Positions 1-10,523 of a DNA stretch of 64,000 nucleotides are shown here, piece by piece. The stretch covers positions 96,001-160,000 of the forward strand of contig CAVYSW010000003.1 in assembly GCA_963771275.1 (NCBI GenBank), given 5' to 3'. Position numbers and translations under genes: made by a program. The notes beneath the pieces are model-generated. The model saw only the letters and a list, made by a program, of their open reading frames with translations, had not been told where the DNA came from and ran no database searches. Each line of letters begins with the position of its first letter. The stretch's first letter is position 1. Origin of the DNA: an uncultured Gemmatimonadales bacterium. Lineage in GTDB: Bacteria > Gemmatimonadota > Gemmatimonadetes > Gemmatimonadales > GWC2-71-9.

Positions 1-2884
1 ATCACGCGGCCAATCGAAGAAGCGATGCACGACATCCGTGGCGTCACCACGGTGAAGTCGGCCACGGGGCGCGGCTCGGCGGAGATCAACGTGTTCTTCA
101 CGTGGGACGTGGACATGATCCAGTCCGAGCTCTACGTGTTGAGCCGCCTGTCGCAGATCCGCAGCACCCTGCCCGCCACCGCCGAGACGACGGTGTACCG
201 GCTCACGTTCGCCGCGTTCCCGATCCTCGGCGTGAGCTTGACGAGCGACACGCGCAGCATCACCGAGCTGTGGGAAACGGCCCGGTACAACCTCAAGCTG
301 CGCTTCCTCAGGATTCCCGGCGTGGCGCGGGTCGACCTGGTGGGGGGGCGGGCGCCCGAGTACCACGTCGTGGTGGATCCCCTCCTGCTCGGCGCGACGG
401 GCCTGAGCCTCCAGGACGTGATCACCGCGCTCGACGCCAACAACCTGGTGGCATCGGCGGGGATGCACGAGGAGAACCACACCCTGTACCTCACCGTCGT
501 GGACGGGCGGGTGCACTCGATCCCGGAGATCGAGGATTTCGTGGTGACCACCGCCGACGGCCACCCGATCCGGATCCGGGATTTCGCCACGGTCGTGCGG
601 GGCCCGGAGCCGGTGTTCAACGTCGTCACCGCGGACGGTCACGCCGCGGTGCTGCTCAACATCCGGAGCCAGCCGGACGGCAGCACGCTCCACATCGCGC
701 GGGACCTCCGGCGACAGATCGCCGAGCTCCGCCAGGAGCTCCCGCCCGACATGAAGCTGGCGTTCTTCTACGATCAGTCGGAGATCGTCCGGGCCTCGGT
801 GGAGAGCGTGTGGGAGGCGATCATCTTCGGTCTGGCGCTCTCGGTCCTGATCCTCTTCGTGTTCCTCAAGAGCTGGGACACGACACTGGTGGCGACGACC
901 GTCATCCCGGTCACGGTGCTCATCACGCTCGTGTCGATGAAGCTCACCGGCCTCACGTTCAACCTGATGACGCTGGGCGGGATCGCCGCGGCAATCGGCC
1001 TCGTGATCGACGACGCCATCGTGGTGGTCGAGGCGATCCACACCCGCCTCACGCGGGGCGTGAGCCGGGCCGAAGCCGTCGTGGCCGGCATCGGCGAGAT
1101 TTTCCGCCCGCTCGTGGGGTCCACGCTCACGCCGGTCGTCGTGTTCATCCCGCTCGCGTTTCTGCGCGGCATCACCGGCGTGTTCTTCCGGGCGCTCGCG
1201 CTGACGATGGTCGTCTCGCTGCTCACCTCGCTCGTGCTGGCGGTCACGCTCACGCCGTCGCTCGCGGCGTGGCTCACGCGGCGCCGCCCGGAGGGCGCGC
1301 CCACGCAGGCGGCCGAGCTGGGGGGACCCCTGCTCCGCCGCGTGATCGAGCTGTATGAGCGCGCGGTCCGGCCGGCGCTGCGGCACCCGTGGCGCACCAT
1401 GGGGGCCTGCGCCTTCGTGCTCGTCACGGGGGTACTGCTCTACGGCCGGCTGGACAGCGAGTTCCTCCCGCCGATGGACGAGGGCGGGTTCGTGATCGAC
1501 TACTTCACGCCGCCGGGCACCAGCCTCCAGGAAACCAACCGCCAGCTGCTCCAGGCCGAGGCGATCCTCCGCACGGTGCCCGAGGTGGAGAGCTACTCGC
1601 GCCGCACCGGCGCCCGCCTCGCCCTCGCGATCGCGGAGCCCAATACCGGCGATTTCCTGGTCAAGCTCCGGACGAACAGACAGCGCAAGACCGACGACGT
1701 CATCGCCGAGCTGCGGCAGCGGTTCAATACCGAGCTGCCCGGGCCTGAACTGGGAGTTCCCCGGCATCCTCGGCGACCTGATCGGCGACCTGATGTGGGC
1801 GCCGGCACCCGTCGAGGTGAAGCTCTACTCGACCGACCAGGCGTGGCTCGAGCGGAAGGCGCCGGAGGTGGCCGCCCGGCTCGAGACCGTCTCAGGCGTG
1901 GTGGACCTGTTCGACGGGCTGGTCTACACCGGGCCGACCATCAGCCTCCGCGCCCGGCCGGCCGACGCGCGGCGCTTCGGTCTCACGGCGACCGACATCG
2001 CCAACGCCGCGAACACCGCCATGCTCGGCCAGACGGCCTCGTCGGTGCTCGAAGGCGACCGCGTCGTGGACATCCGGGTGAAGGTGGACTCGGCGCGGAT
2101 CCGGACCCTGTCCCAGATCCAGGATCTTCCGATTCGCACGCCGGCCGGGACCCTGGTGAAGCTGTCACAGGTAGTAGACGTCGTGGAGGAACCGGGGCAG
2201 CTCGAGTTGCGGCGCGAGGACGCCCGTCAGGACGTTGCGGTGACGGCGCGCCTCGAGGGCCGCGACCTCGGGAGCGCCATGGCGGAGATTCGGCAGGCGC
2301 TGAGCGCCGACTCGTCCATTCCCCGGGGCGCGATCGAGTACGGCGGGCTGTACCAGCAGCAGCGGGAGTCGTTCCGCAACCTGGTCGCCGTGCTGCTCAT
2401 GGCGATCACCCTCGTGTTCACGGTGCTGCTGCTCGAGTTCGGGTCGTTCAACGAGCCCATCGCGATCGTGTTCGGCGCGGTGCTCTCGATGTTCGGCACG
2501 GTGCTCGCCCTCTGGCTCACCGGCACGTCGTTCAACGTCGTGTCGTTCCTCGGCGCGATCATCGGGGTCGGGATCACCGCCAAGAACGGGATCCTGATGC
2601 TGGACTTCGTGAAGCAGCTGCGGGCCGACGGGCTGGATCTGGCCGAGGCGCTGGTCCGGTCCGGGCGACGGCGCCTCCGCCCCGTGCTGATGACGTCGCT
2701 GGCCGCGGCGCTGGGGATGCTGCCGCTGGCCTACGGCCTCGGCTCGGGCGCCGACATGCTGCGGCCGCTCGCCATCGCGGTGATCGGGGCGCTGTGCATC
2801 TCGGTCCTGCTGTCGCTCGTGGCGACCCCGACGCTTTACTTCCTCCTGCTCCGCAAAGGCAGCACGACAACGACGACCGCCTGA
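1..2884 (+). CDS. Efflux RND transporter permease (AcrB/CzcA family), 5'-partial, frameshift near 1742
   Basis: Open from position 1 (ITRPIEEAM). RND motifs GLVIDDAIVVVE and KNGILMLDF...RRRLRPVLMTSLAA. Homologous reading switches frame at ~1741-1745 into the 1793..2884 ORF. Confidence 0.9.
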
Positions 2885-2905
2885 CGATCACCGGGAGGTG
2901 ACCGC

Positions 2906-3960
2906 ATGACCCAGACTATCAGGTCCCGCATCGCGCTGCTCCTGGCGCTCCCACTCGTGACGGCAGGCGTTGCCGCCCCCGCGGCCGCCCAGGCGCCCAC
3001 TACCGCTTCATCAGGGAAATCACGGTGGGCGGCGAGGGCGGCTGGGACTACCTCGCCGAGGACGCCGCCGCCCACCGCCTCTACGTCAGTCACGGGACCA
3101 AGGTCGTGGTGATCGACATGGCGCGGGGGTCGGTGGTGGGCGAGATCGACAGCCTGCCGGGCGTACACGGCTTCGCGGTCGCCCCGGAGCTGGGCCTGGG
3201 CTTCGCGAGCAACGGCCGGGAGAACAAGGCCGCCGTGGTGGATCTCACGACGCTCGCGATCACCAAGCGGGTCGACACGGGCGAGAATCCGGACGCCATT
3301 CTCTACGTCCCGGGCTTCCAGGAGGTCTACACGTTCAACGGGCGGGGCCACTCCGCCACGGTCATCGACGCCAAGACCGGGAACGTGGTCGCGACGATCC
3401 TGCTCCCGGGGAAGCCCGAGTTCGCGGTGTTCGATCCCGCGGCCGGGCGGATCTACAACAACATCGAGGATCAGAACGAGATCGTCGTGATCGACGCCAA
3501 GACCCACGCGGTGGTCGCCACCTGGCCGATCGCGCCGGGGGAGGAAGCGTCGGGGCTCGCCATCGACCTGGCGCACCACCGGCTGTTCGCCGTCTGCGGC
3601 AACCAGTACATGGTGATGCTCAACAGCGCGACCGGCGCCGTGGTCGACACCGTGCGGATCGGCCAGGGAACGGACGCCGCGCGCTTCGATCCGGCCACCG
3701 GGCTCGCCTTCGCCTCGAACGGCGAGGGGACCGTCACGATCGCCCACGAGGACTCACCCGACCACCTCACGGTGGTCCAGACCCTGACCACGGCGCGGTC
3801 GGCGCGCACGATGACGCTCGACCCCACGACGCACCGGATCTACCTGTCGGCGGCGACCTATGAGGCGCCGTCGCCGGCCGACGCCGGCGGTCCGCGCCAG
3901 CGACCGCGCATGGTACCGGGGTCGTTCCGCGTGCTGGTGTACGGGATCGACGAGCGGTAG
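2906..3960 (+). CDS. Secreted YncE/YVTN-type beta-propeller protein, frameshift near 2997
   Basis: Signal peptide in the 2906 frame after GGGAGG. GGEGGWDYL, GVHGFA and GENPDAI repeats in the 3025 frame. Joining needs a 1-nt correction at ~2995-3000. Confidence 0.85.
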
Positions 3961-3969
3961 GCGATCGCG

Positions 3970-4728
3970 GTGAGCGAGCTCGCGCTGCACGGCTGGGCCG
4001 TCCGCGCGGAGCTCGCGCTCGCCGCCGTCACGCTGGTCGCGCTGCTGTTCGTGGCGGCGCCGTACGGCCGGTACGAGCGCCGAGGCTGGGGCCCGACGCT
4101 GCCTGCGACGCTCGGCTGGATTCTGATGGAGCTGCCGGCAGTCGCGCTGTTCGCCGTGTTCTTCTTTACCGGCGACCACCGCTTCGAAGTGGTCCCCCTC
4201 GTGCTGCTGGGCTTGTGGCAGCTCCACTACCTGAACCGGGCGTTCGTCTTCCCGTTGCGTATGCGCGCGGGGGGACGCAGGATGCCAGTGCTCATCGCGT
4301 TCCTGGCCATCGCCTTCAACACGCTGAACGCCTACGTCAACGCCCGGTGGATCGGGCACTTGGGAACCTACCGGAGCGCGTGGCTCGCGGACCCCCGCTT
4401 CCTGCTGGGCGCCACGTTGTTCCTCGCCGGATGGCTCGGGAACCTCCATGCGGACGCCGTCCTGCGGCGCCTCCGGCGGCCCGGCGAGACCGGATACGAG
4501 ATTCCACGCGGGGGCCTCTACCGCTGGGTCTCCGCGCCAAACTACCTGTGCGAGATGCTCGAGTGGAGCGGCTGGGCGGTCGCCACCTGGTCGACGGCCG
4601 GCCTTGCCTTCGCCGTCTATACGGCGGCGAACCTCGGGCCGCGCGCCGTCAGACACCACGCCTGGTATCGGGAGCGGTTCGCCGACTATCCGGCGGAGCG
4701 CAAGGCCTTGATTCCCGGTCTACTCTGA
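3970..4728 (+). CDS. 3-oxo-5-alpha-steroid 4-dehydrogenase (steroid 5-alpha-reductase)-like membrane protein
   Basis: APYGRY, GWILMELP, HYLNR, YEIPRGGLYRWVSAPNYLCEMLEW and NLGPRA..HH.WY motifs. Confidence 0.88.
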   Translation: MSELALHGWAVRAELALAAVTLVALLFVAAPYGRYERRGWGPTLPATLGWILMELPAVALFAVFFFTGDHRFEVVPLVLLGLWQLHYLNRAFVFPLRMRAGGRRMPVLIAFLAIAFNTLNAYVNARWIGHLGTYRSAWLADPRFLLGATLFLAGWLGNLHADAVLRRLRRPGETGYEIPRGGLYRWVSAPNYLCEMLEWSGWAVATWSTAGLAFAVYTAANLGPRAVRHHAWYRERFADYPAERKALIPGLL

Positions 4729-6171
4729 CCGAACGTACTTCGCCTTCAGCTCGTCATACACCGTCATACGGTCGGTGACGTTACCCTCCCGGTCGAACAA
4801 TCCGCTCCTCCAGCCGAGGGGCTCCCAGATCGCCGTTCCCTTCCCCAGGTCGTTGGGGAGGTCGAACACGATGTCGTTGACCTCTCGCTTGACATCGGAG
4901 TATTCCACGACGTTGACCGGCTTGCGATAGCGGTCGATCAGGTCATGGAGGTTGCCGTAGAGGTCCTCGAGGGTGCCGTGCCAGCGGGGATAGTACGACA
5001 GGCCGATGATGTCGAACTTGACGCCTCTCGCGATCATGTTGTCGAGCCAGAACCGCGCCTCCGCGTTCTGACCACCCAAGGCGATGTGCATCATCACCGG
5101 CATGGCGGGGTCAACGGCCTCGGCCCCTTCGACGCCTGCCTGCAGGAGACCCGCCAGCTGGTCCAGCTTGCCGATATGACCGTCCGGCCAGAGGATGCCG
5201 TGATTGACCTCGTTCCCGATCTGCACCATGTCGGGCAGGGTTCCCTGACGTTGCATGGCGCTCAGGACCGCGGTCGTGTAGCTCCTCAGGGAGTCTTTCA
5301 GGGTCTCGTAATCGAGGTCGGCCCACGCCAGGGGCTTGTTCTGCTGCTGGGGGTCCGCCCAGTAGTCACTGTAGTGGAAGTCCAGCAGGAGCCCCAGGCC
5401 GGCGTGCTTGACTCTCCTCGCCATGCTCAGCGTCGAGTCCAGTCCGCAGAATCCCACCCCGGGGGAATAGCCCTTCTCGTTCGCCGGATTGACGAAGATC
5501 CGCAGTCGGATGTAGTTGAAGCCGTGACGCTGGAGCAGCGCGATCGCGTCCACTTCCTTGCCGTCCTCGAAGAACTTCCCCGCTCCCGCGAACCTCCCTG
5601 CGCCGTTCTCGATCTGCGGCAGGAAGGAGATATCCGCCCCGATCATCCGGCCGATGGGTTTCGTCGTGGGAGGAAGCTGTTCGGCGGTGGGAGTCATCAG
5701 CGTGACATCGCCCGGGATGGTGTGGATCTCGTGGGATCCCGGGAACAGGGTGCCCGAACGGGCCTCGACCTTCACCCGGTCGGGCGACATGCCCGCTCTG
5801 AACGCGAGGGTAGCTACGCCACCCACCAGCGTCGCTGGGGTGTATCGTGCGCCACCGGTGTCCGCCACCACGGGCAGACTCGCACCTGCGAGCGAGGTGA
5901 TCATGCCATCGCCGGTGACGTAGATACGAATCGAATCCCCGGCGGACCGGATCTCTCGTCCCAGGCTGTCGGTGACGGCGATCCGCAGCTTCGTCCAGTC
6001 TCTCCCATTGGCCAGCAGGGTCGTGCTGTAGCTCGTGAGCATGACCGCCACGGCTCTGCCCGAGTCGACACGACTCACGGAGGAGAAGTCCGGAGCCTTG
6101 CTGGACTCCGTGCCGCATTGGGCGTACACCAAACCCGCGAGCGCGGTCACCACGATCGCTGACGTCTGCAT
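4720..6171 (-). CDS. Arabinogalactan endo-1,4-beta-galactanase (GH53) with N-terminal Ig-like region
   Basis: GADISFL, NYIRLRIF, LLDFHYSDYWADP and MVQIGNE motifs. AGGAGG upstream of the ATG at 6171. Confidence 0.88.
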   Translation of the reverse strand: MQTSAIVVTALAGLVYAQCGTESSKAPDFSSVSRVDSGRAVAVMLTSYSTTLLANGRDWTKLRIAVTDSLGREIRSAGDSIRIYVTGDGMITSLAGASLPVVADTGGARYTPATLVGGVATLAFRAGMSPDRVKVEARSGTLFPGSHEIHTIPGDVTLMTPTAEQLPPTTKPIGRMIGADISFLPQIENGAGRFAGAGKFFEDGKEVDAIALLQRHGFNYIRLRIFVNPANEKGYSPGVGFCGLDSTLSMARRVKHAGLGLLLDFHYSDYWADPQQQNKPLAWADLDYETLKDSLRSYTTAVLSAMQRQGTLPDMVQIGNEVNHGILWPDGHIGKLDQLAGLLQAGVEGAEAVDPAMPVMMHIALGGQNAEARFWLDNMIARGVKFDIIGLSYYPRWHGTLEDLYGNLHDLIDRYRKPVNVVEYSDVKREVNDIVFDLPNDLGKGTAIWEPLGWRSGLFDREGNVTDRMTVYDELKAKYVRSE

Positions 6172-6293
6172 GATAGTCGCCCTCCTGGCCCAGTCGTCCG
6201 GCTGGTCTCGGGCTACGATAGGGCGTGGGGCGGTGAGTGGCCAGTGGAAGCGAGCGTGCATTCGAAGTGGCATCCCCGCCAGGACGCCCGCGA

Positions 6294-6635
6294 TCACGCG
6301 GTCCCGGCCAGGAGGCGCTCCAGCGCGGCCAGCACCGGCTCCACGTCCTCGGTGGCCACTCGCCACACGATGTCGGGATCGACCTGATCGTAGCCGTGCA
6401 CGATGCGGTTCCGCATCCCGACCATCTGTGCCCAGGGCAACTCGGGATGCGCGTCGCGGAACGCCGCCGTGGTGCGGCTCGCCGCCTCGCCCAGCAGCTG
6501 GATCAGGTGCAGCAGGGCAAGCTGGCGAACGTCGTCGGCGTCGAACGCGTCGCGCGCCTGTCCGCGAATGATCGCGCGAATCCGGCGGACCACGTCGAGC
6601 ATCTGCTCGACGGTCAGGCGGTCGTCACGCGTCAT
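6294..6635 (-). CDS. HepT-like (DUF86, HEPN) ribonuclease toxin
   Basis: IQLLGEAA...HPELPWAQMVGMRNRIVHGY, containing the RxxxxH motif followed by Tyr. Confidence 0.9.
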   Translation of the reverse strand: MTRDDRLTVEQMLDVVRRIRAIIRGQARDAFDADDVRQLALLHLIQLLGEAASRTTAAFRDAHPELPWAQMVGMRNRIVHGYDQVDPDIVWRVATEDVEPVLAALERLLAGTA

Positions 6636-7128
6636 AGAGCGGGACCGCGCCGGCGAGGATGCGCTCCCGGAGGGGTGACCTCAGGCCGCGCCGCGTGACG
6701 AGATCCAGTCGCGCACCGCCGAGCACCGGGCGCAGGGCGTCGGCCACGGCGACGATGCCGAGCCCCGGCGTCATGCCGGGCTCGAAATCCACGACCACGT
6801 CCACGTCGCTGTCGGGCGTGGCGTCTCCCGTCACCCGCGATCCGAACACGGCCAGCCACCGGATGTGATGGCGCCGGCAGACCGCCGCAAGCGCATCGTG
6901 GTCCACCGCATCGAGCAGGGATGGCGCCGCGGGCTGCCGCGCCGCCCCATACGGCGCTGCCGTCTCCCGCACGCCTGGGCCGGGCGGCTTGCGGCGGTCC
7001 GCCGCCGCTTGCTCGAGGATGGTGAGCAGCTCGCCGTTCAGACTCCGGCGGTTCGCCCCGGCCGACGCACGCAGCGCGCGCAGGACGGGGTCCGGAACAC
7101 CGCGAACGGTGAGGGTGCGGGTTGGCAT
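6625..7128 (-). CDS. MntA-type minimal nucleotidyltransferase antitoxin fused to an N-terminal Arc/FitA-like ribbon-helix-helix domain
   Basis: N-terminal LTVRGVPDPVLRALRASAGANRRSLNGELLTILE (RHH). C-terminal FGSRVTGDATPDSDVD (GSx10DxD). Confidence 0.85.
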   Translation of the reverse strand: MPTRTLTVRGVPDPVLRALRASAGANRRSLNGELLTILEQAAADRRKPPGPGVRETAAPYGAARQPAAPSLLDAVDHDALAAVCRRHHIRWLAVFGSRVTGDATPDSDVDVVVDFEPGMTPGLGIVAVADALRPVLGGARLDLVTRRGLRSPLRERILAGAVPLYDA

Positions 7129-7163
7129 GACTGCAATATGCAGTCATCATGACTACACAGCAA
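7127..7163 (-). promoter_or_regulatory. sigma70-type promoter (likely leaderless) with a palindromic operator over the start codon
   Basis: Minus strand TTGCTG-17nt-CATATT, 6 nt before ATG. Perfect inverted repeat ATGACTGCA-ata-TGCAGTCAT at 7127-7147. Confidence 0.65.
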
Positions 7164-7381
7164 GTCCACCCGCACCCTGGCCGCCTCAATCGGCCATGCA
7201 ACGCGCCAACAGTCACCGTGGACGTGGCCCCATGCACGGCGTGGGTTTCCGTCACGCTCCGGGGGTCGTCGAGCCTGCATCGGCCGCACCCAGCGTACGG
7301 AACGGAAGCCAGGCAGTGGGGCTATCAGTCTTCGGTCCCGGACATCTGCCGGGGAAGGTGTGAAGTCGCCGAGGGGGAGCC

Positions 7382-7639
7382 ATGCTGTCGGACCTGAGTT
7401 TCACCCACATTCTCATCATCATGCTGATCGTCCTGCTCGTCTTCGGCTCGAAGCGCCTGCCGGAGTTGGGCTCGTCGCTCGGCAAGAGTATTCGCGAGTT
7501 CAAGAAGAGCATGCAGGAGGTGCAGCAGAGCATCGATACGCCCGACGCGGCCGCACCGCCCGCGCACCGGCTGGACTCGGCGGCCGCCCGCGATACCGCC
7601 GCCGCCCATGACGGCGAGCCCAAGAAGTTGAGCCAGTAG
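7382..7639 (+). CDS. tatA: Twin-arginine translocase TatA/TatE subunit
   Basis: LLVFGSKRLPELGSSLGKSIREFKK signature. Confidence 0.93.
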   Translation: MLSDLSFTHILIIMLIVLLVFGSKRLPELGSSLGKSIREFKKSMQEVQQSIDTPDAAAPPAHRLDSAAARDTAAAHDGEPKKLSQ

Positions 7640-7731
7640 CACCCCGCGCCGCACCCTGGCGCCCGCGGCGGAGCGGCCCGTATCTTCCGGGCCGCTCCCC
7701 CATTCCCCCCAGTATGGAGGCTTCTCGCTCG

Positions 7732-9168
7732 ATGCGCACGATCGTCGCCGTGCTCGCCGTTGCCGTTGTTGGCTGCGCGTCGGCCCAAGGTGCCAGGCCC
7801 ATGGGCCCGACCCCCGCCAGGGCCGATACGGCGGGCCCGCTCGCGCCCCCGGGACCGGGCGCGCTCTCGACGCCCAACGCCGATCCCTTCCCAAGCACCT
7901 ACACGCCGTTCCCATCCCGCCCGACCGCGATCCGGAACGCCACGATCTTCACCGCCACTGGCCCGCGCCTGGAGCACGCCACGATCCTGTTGCGCGACGG
8001 GAAGGTCGCCGCCGTCGGGACCGGCGTGGCGATCCCGGCCGACGCGGTCGTGATCGACGGCACCGGCAAGTACGTGACTCCCGGCCTGATCGACGCGCAC
8101 TCCCACCTCGGCGTGTATCCCGCGCCGGGGACGGAGGCCAACAGCGACGGCAACGAAGCCACGAATCCCGCCACCCCGCAGGTCTGGGCCGAGCATTCCG
8201 TCTGGCCGCAGGATCCCGCAGTTCCCGCGGAACCTCGCGGGCGGAGTCACGACACTCCAGGTGCTCCCCGGCTCGGCCAACCTGTTCGGCGGCCGGAGCG
8301 TGGTGCTCAAGGTGGTGCCGTCCGCGCGACCGTGCAGGGGATGAAGTTCCCCGGCGCCAAGTACGGCCTCAAGATGGCGTGCGGCGAGAACCCCAAGCGG
8401 GTCTATGCGCAGCGGGGACCGTCCACCCGCATGGGAAATGTGGCCGGCTACCGCGCCGAGTGGATCAGGGCCGAGCAGTACCGCCGGCGCTGGGACAAGT
8501 GGAACGCCGACCACAAGGGCGATCCGCCAGCCCGCGATCTCGGCATGGAGACATTGGCCGAGGTGCTGCGCGGCGACATGCTGGTCCAGATGCACTGCTA
8601 TCGCGCCGACGAGATGGCCATCATGCTCGACGTCGCGCGCGAGTTCGGCTACAAGATCCGCTCGTTCCACCACGCGGTCGAGGCGTACAAGATCGCCGAC
8701 CTGCTGGCGAGGGACAGCGTGTCGGCGTCGGTGTGGGCCGACTGGGGCGGCTTCAAGATGGAGGCGCTGGACGGCGTGCTCGCCAACATGGCGCTGGTGG
8801 ATCAGGCAGGCGCTCGCACGGTCGTCCACTCCGACGACCCTTCCGGCTCGCAGCGGCTTGAGCAGGAGGCGGCCAAGGGACTGGCGGCGGGCCGAGCGAT
8901 CGGCCTCCCGCTCACCGAGGAGGACGGCATCCGCTGGCTCACGATCAACCCCGCCTGGACGCTCGGCCTGGATGACCGGATCGGCTCGCTCGCCGTGGGC
9001 AAGAACGCCGACGTGGTGCTCTGGTCGGGCGATCCGTTCAGCGTGTACACCCGCACCGAGAAGGTCTGGGTGGACGGCGCGCTGCTGTTCGACCGGAGCG
9101 ACCCGGCGGAGCAGTGGCGCACCGATTTCGAGCTGGGCTACGTGCCGCAGCCGGGAGGGAGCCGATGA
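7732..9168 (+). CDS. Amidohydrolase-family lipoprotein with two compensating frameshifts (~8218, ~8325)
   Basis: TPGLIDAHSHLG, LKMACGENPKRVY, HCYRADE and GKNADVVLWSGDP. The segment 8218-8325 reads GGVTTLQVLPGSANLFGGRS in an alternative frame. Confidence 0.88.
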   Translation: MRTIVAVLAVAVVGCASAQGARPMGPTPARADTAGPLAPPGPGALSTPNADPFPSTYTPFPSRPTAIRNATIFTATGPRLEHATILLRDGKVAAVGTGVAIPADAVVIDGTGKYVTPGLIDAHSHLGVYPAPGTEANSDGNEATNPATPQVWAEHSVWPQDPAVPAEPRGRSHDTPGAPRLGQPVRRPERGAQGGAVRATVQGMKFPGAKYGLKMACGENPKRVYAQRGPSTRMGNVAGYRAEWIRAEQYRRRWDKWNADHKGDPPARDLGMETLAEVLRGDMLVQMHCYRADEMAIMLDVAREFGYKIRSFHHAVEAYKIADLLARDSVSASVWADWGGFKMEALDGVLANMALVDQAGARTVVHSDDPSGSQRLEQEAAKGLAAGRAIGLPLTEEDGIRWLTINPAWTLGLDDRIGSLAVGKNADVVLWSGDPFSVYTRTEKVWVDGALLFDRSDPAEQWRTDFELGYVPQPGGSR

Positions 9169-10445
9169 CGCGCGCGCGACTGACAGTGCCGGTGCTCCTG
9201 CTGGCGGCGGCACCCGCCGTGGCGGCGGCGCAGACGATCGCGATCACGGGTGGCAAGGTGTTCCCGGTGAGCGGCCCGCCGATCGAGCGCGGCACCGTGC
9301 TGATCGTGGACGGCCGCATCACGGCGGTCGGCGCCGACGTGACGGTCCCCACCGGGGCCACGCGGATCGACGCCACGGGCAAATGGGTAACCCCGGGGCT
9401 GGTGGACCTCAACACCGAGCTGGGCCTGGTCGAAGTCGGGTTCGGGGCGGGCGCCAACGAGTCATCGGCCAAGGGACAGGACGCGGTCGCCGCGTCGTTT
9501 CAGCCGTGGGTGGCGCTCAACTCCCGCTCCGTGCTCATCCCGCCCGCGCGCCAGGGCGGCGTCACCACCGTGGCGGTGTGGCCGGTGGGCGGGCTGGTCG
9601 CCGGCCAGGGCGCGCTGATCGACCTGCTGGACGGCTCGATGACCGACATGCTGCTCGCGGCACCCGCGGGCATGGCGGGCCAGGTCTCGAGCGATCAGGA
9701 CGCCGGGGTGGGGGCCCGGGGCGAGCTGTTCGGCCGCCTGCGGGATCTCCTCCAGAACGCGCGGGACTACGGCCGCCGCAAGGCCGACTACGACCGCGGG
9801 CAGATGCGCCCCGTGCCGTACCGCCGCGAGGATCTCGAGGCGCTGCTCCCGGTGGTGGCGGGCAAGCTCCCGCTCGTGCTGGTGGCCGACCGCGCCGCCG
9901 ACATCGAGGCGGTGCTTACGCTCGCGGCCGATCTCGACATCCGGATCGTGATCGCCGGCGGCGCGGAGGCGTGGCAGGTGGCGGACAAGCTCGCCGCCGC
10001 CAAGGTGCCGGTGCTGACGGGCGCGATGAACAACATCCCGCAGAGCTTCAACGCGCTCGCCAGCCGGCAGGAGAGCGCGGCCCTGCTCAAGGCAGCCGGC
10101 GTGACGGTCGGGCTGATCGGAAACGGCGCGGGTGACGAAGAGTTGTTCAACGTGCGCAACCTGCGTTACGAGGCGGGGAACGCGGTGGCCTACGGGATGA
10201 CGTGGGACGACGCGCTCCGGGCCGTGACGCTCACGCCGGCGGAGGTGTTCGGCGTGGCGGATCGCGTGGGCGCGCTCACTCCAGGCCTCGAGGCCAACGT
10301 GGTAATCTGGAGCGGCGATCCGTTCGAGTTCGCCACGGCGGCGGAGCACGTGCTGGTACGGGGCCGCGAGTTCACCGCGCCCTCGCGGCAGGATCTGCTG
10401 ATCCAGCGCTACCGGACCCTCCCGCCGAGGTACCAGCCACGATAG
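9165..10445 (+). CDS. Amidohydrolase-family protein lacking the HxH metal motif
   Basis: ATGA overlap with the previous gene. Signal peptide, TPGLVDLNTELG, GGVTT and ANVVIWSGDPFE. Confidence 0.85.
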   Translation: MTRARLTVPVLLLAAAPAVAAAQTIAITGGKVFPVSGPPIERGTVLIVDGRITAVGADVTVPTGATRIDATGKWVTPGLVDLNTELGLVEVGFGAGANESSAKGQDAVAASFQPWVALNSRSVLIPPARQGGVTTVAVWPVGGLVAGQGALIDLLDGSMTDMLLAAPAGMAGQVSSDQDAGVGARGELFGRLRDLLQNARDYGRRKADYDRGQMRPVPYRREDLEALLPVVAGKLPLVLVADRAADIEAVLTLAADLDIRIVIAGGAEAWQVADKLAAAKVPVLTGAMNNIPQSFNALASRQESAALLKAAGVTVGLIGNGAGDEELFNVRNLRYEAGNAVAYGMTWDDALRAVTLTPAEVFGVADRVGALTPGLEANVVIWSGDPFEFATAAEHVLVRGREFTAPSRQDLLIQRYRTLPPRYQPR

Positions 10446-10519
10446 CCGATGGGCCGAGAGCCGATGGCCGAAAGCTCAGCCTGGGCCGTCGGCTATCGGC
10501 CATCGGCTATCGGCCATCG
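10440..10519. repeat. Inverted 7-bp tandem repeat array (CGATAGC/CGATGGC ... GCTATCG/GCCATCG)
   Basis: About 5 units at 10440-10475 and 5 reverse-complement units at 10485-10519, between convergent genes. Confidence 0.85.
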
Positions 10520-10523
10520 CCCC

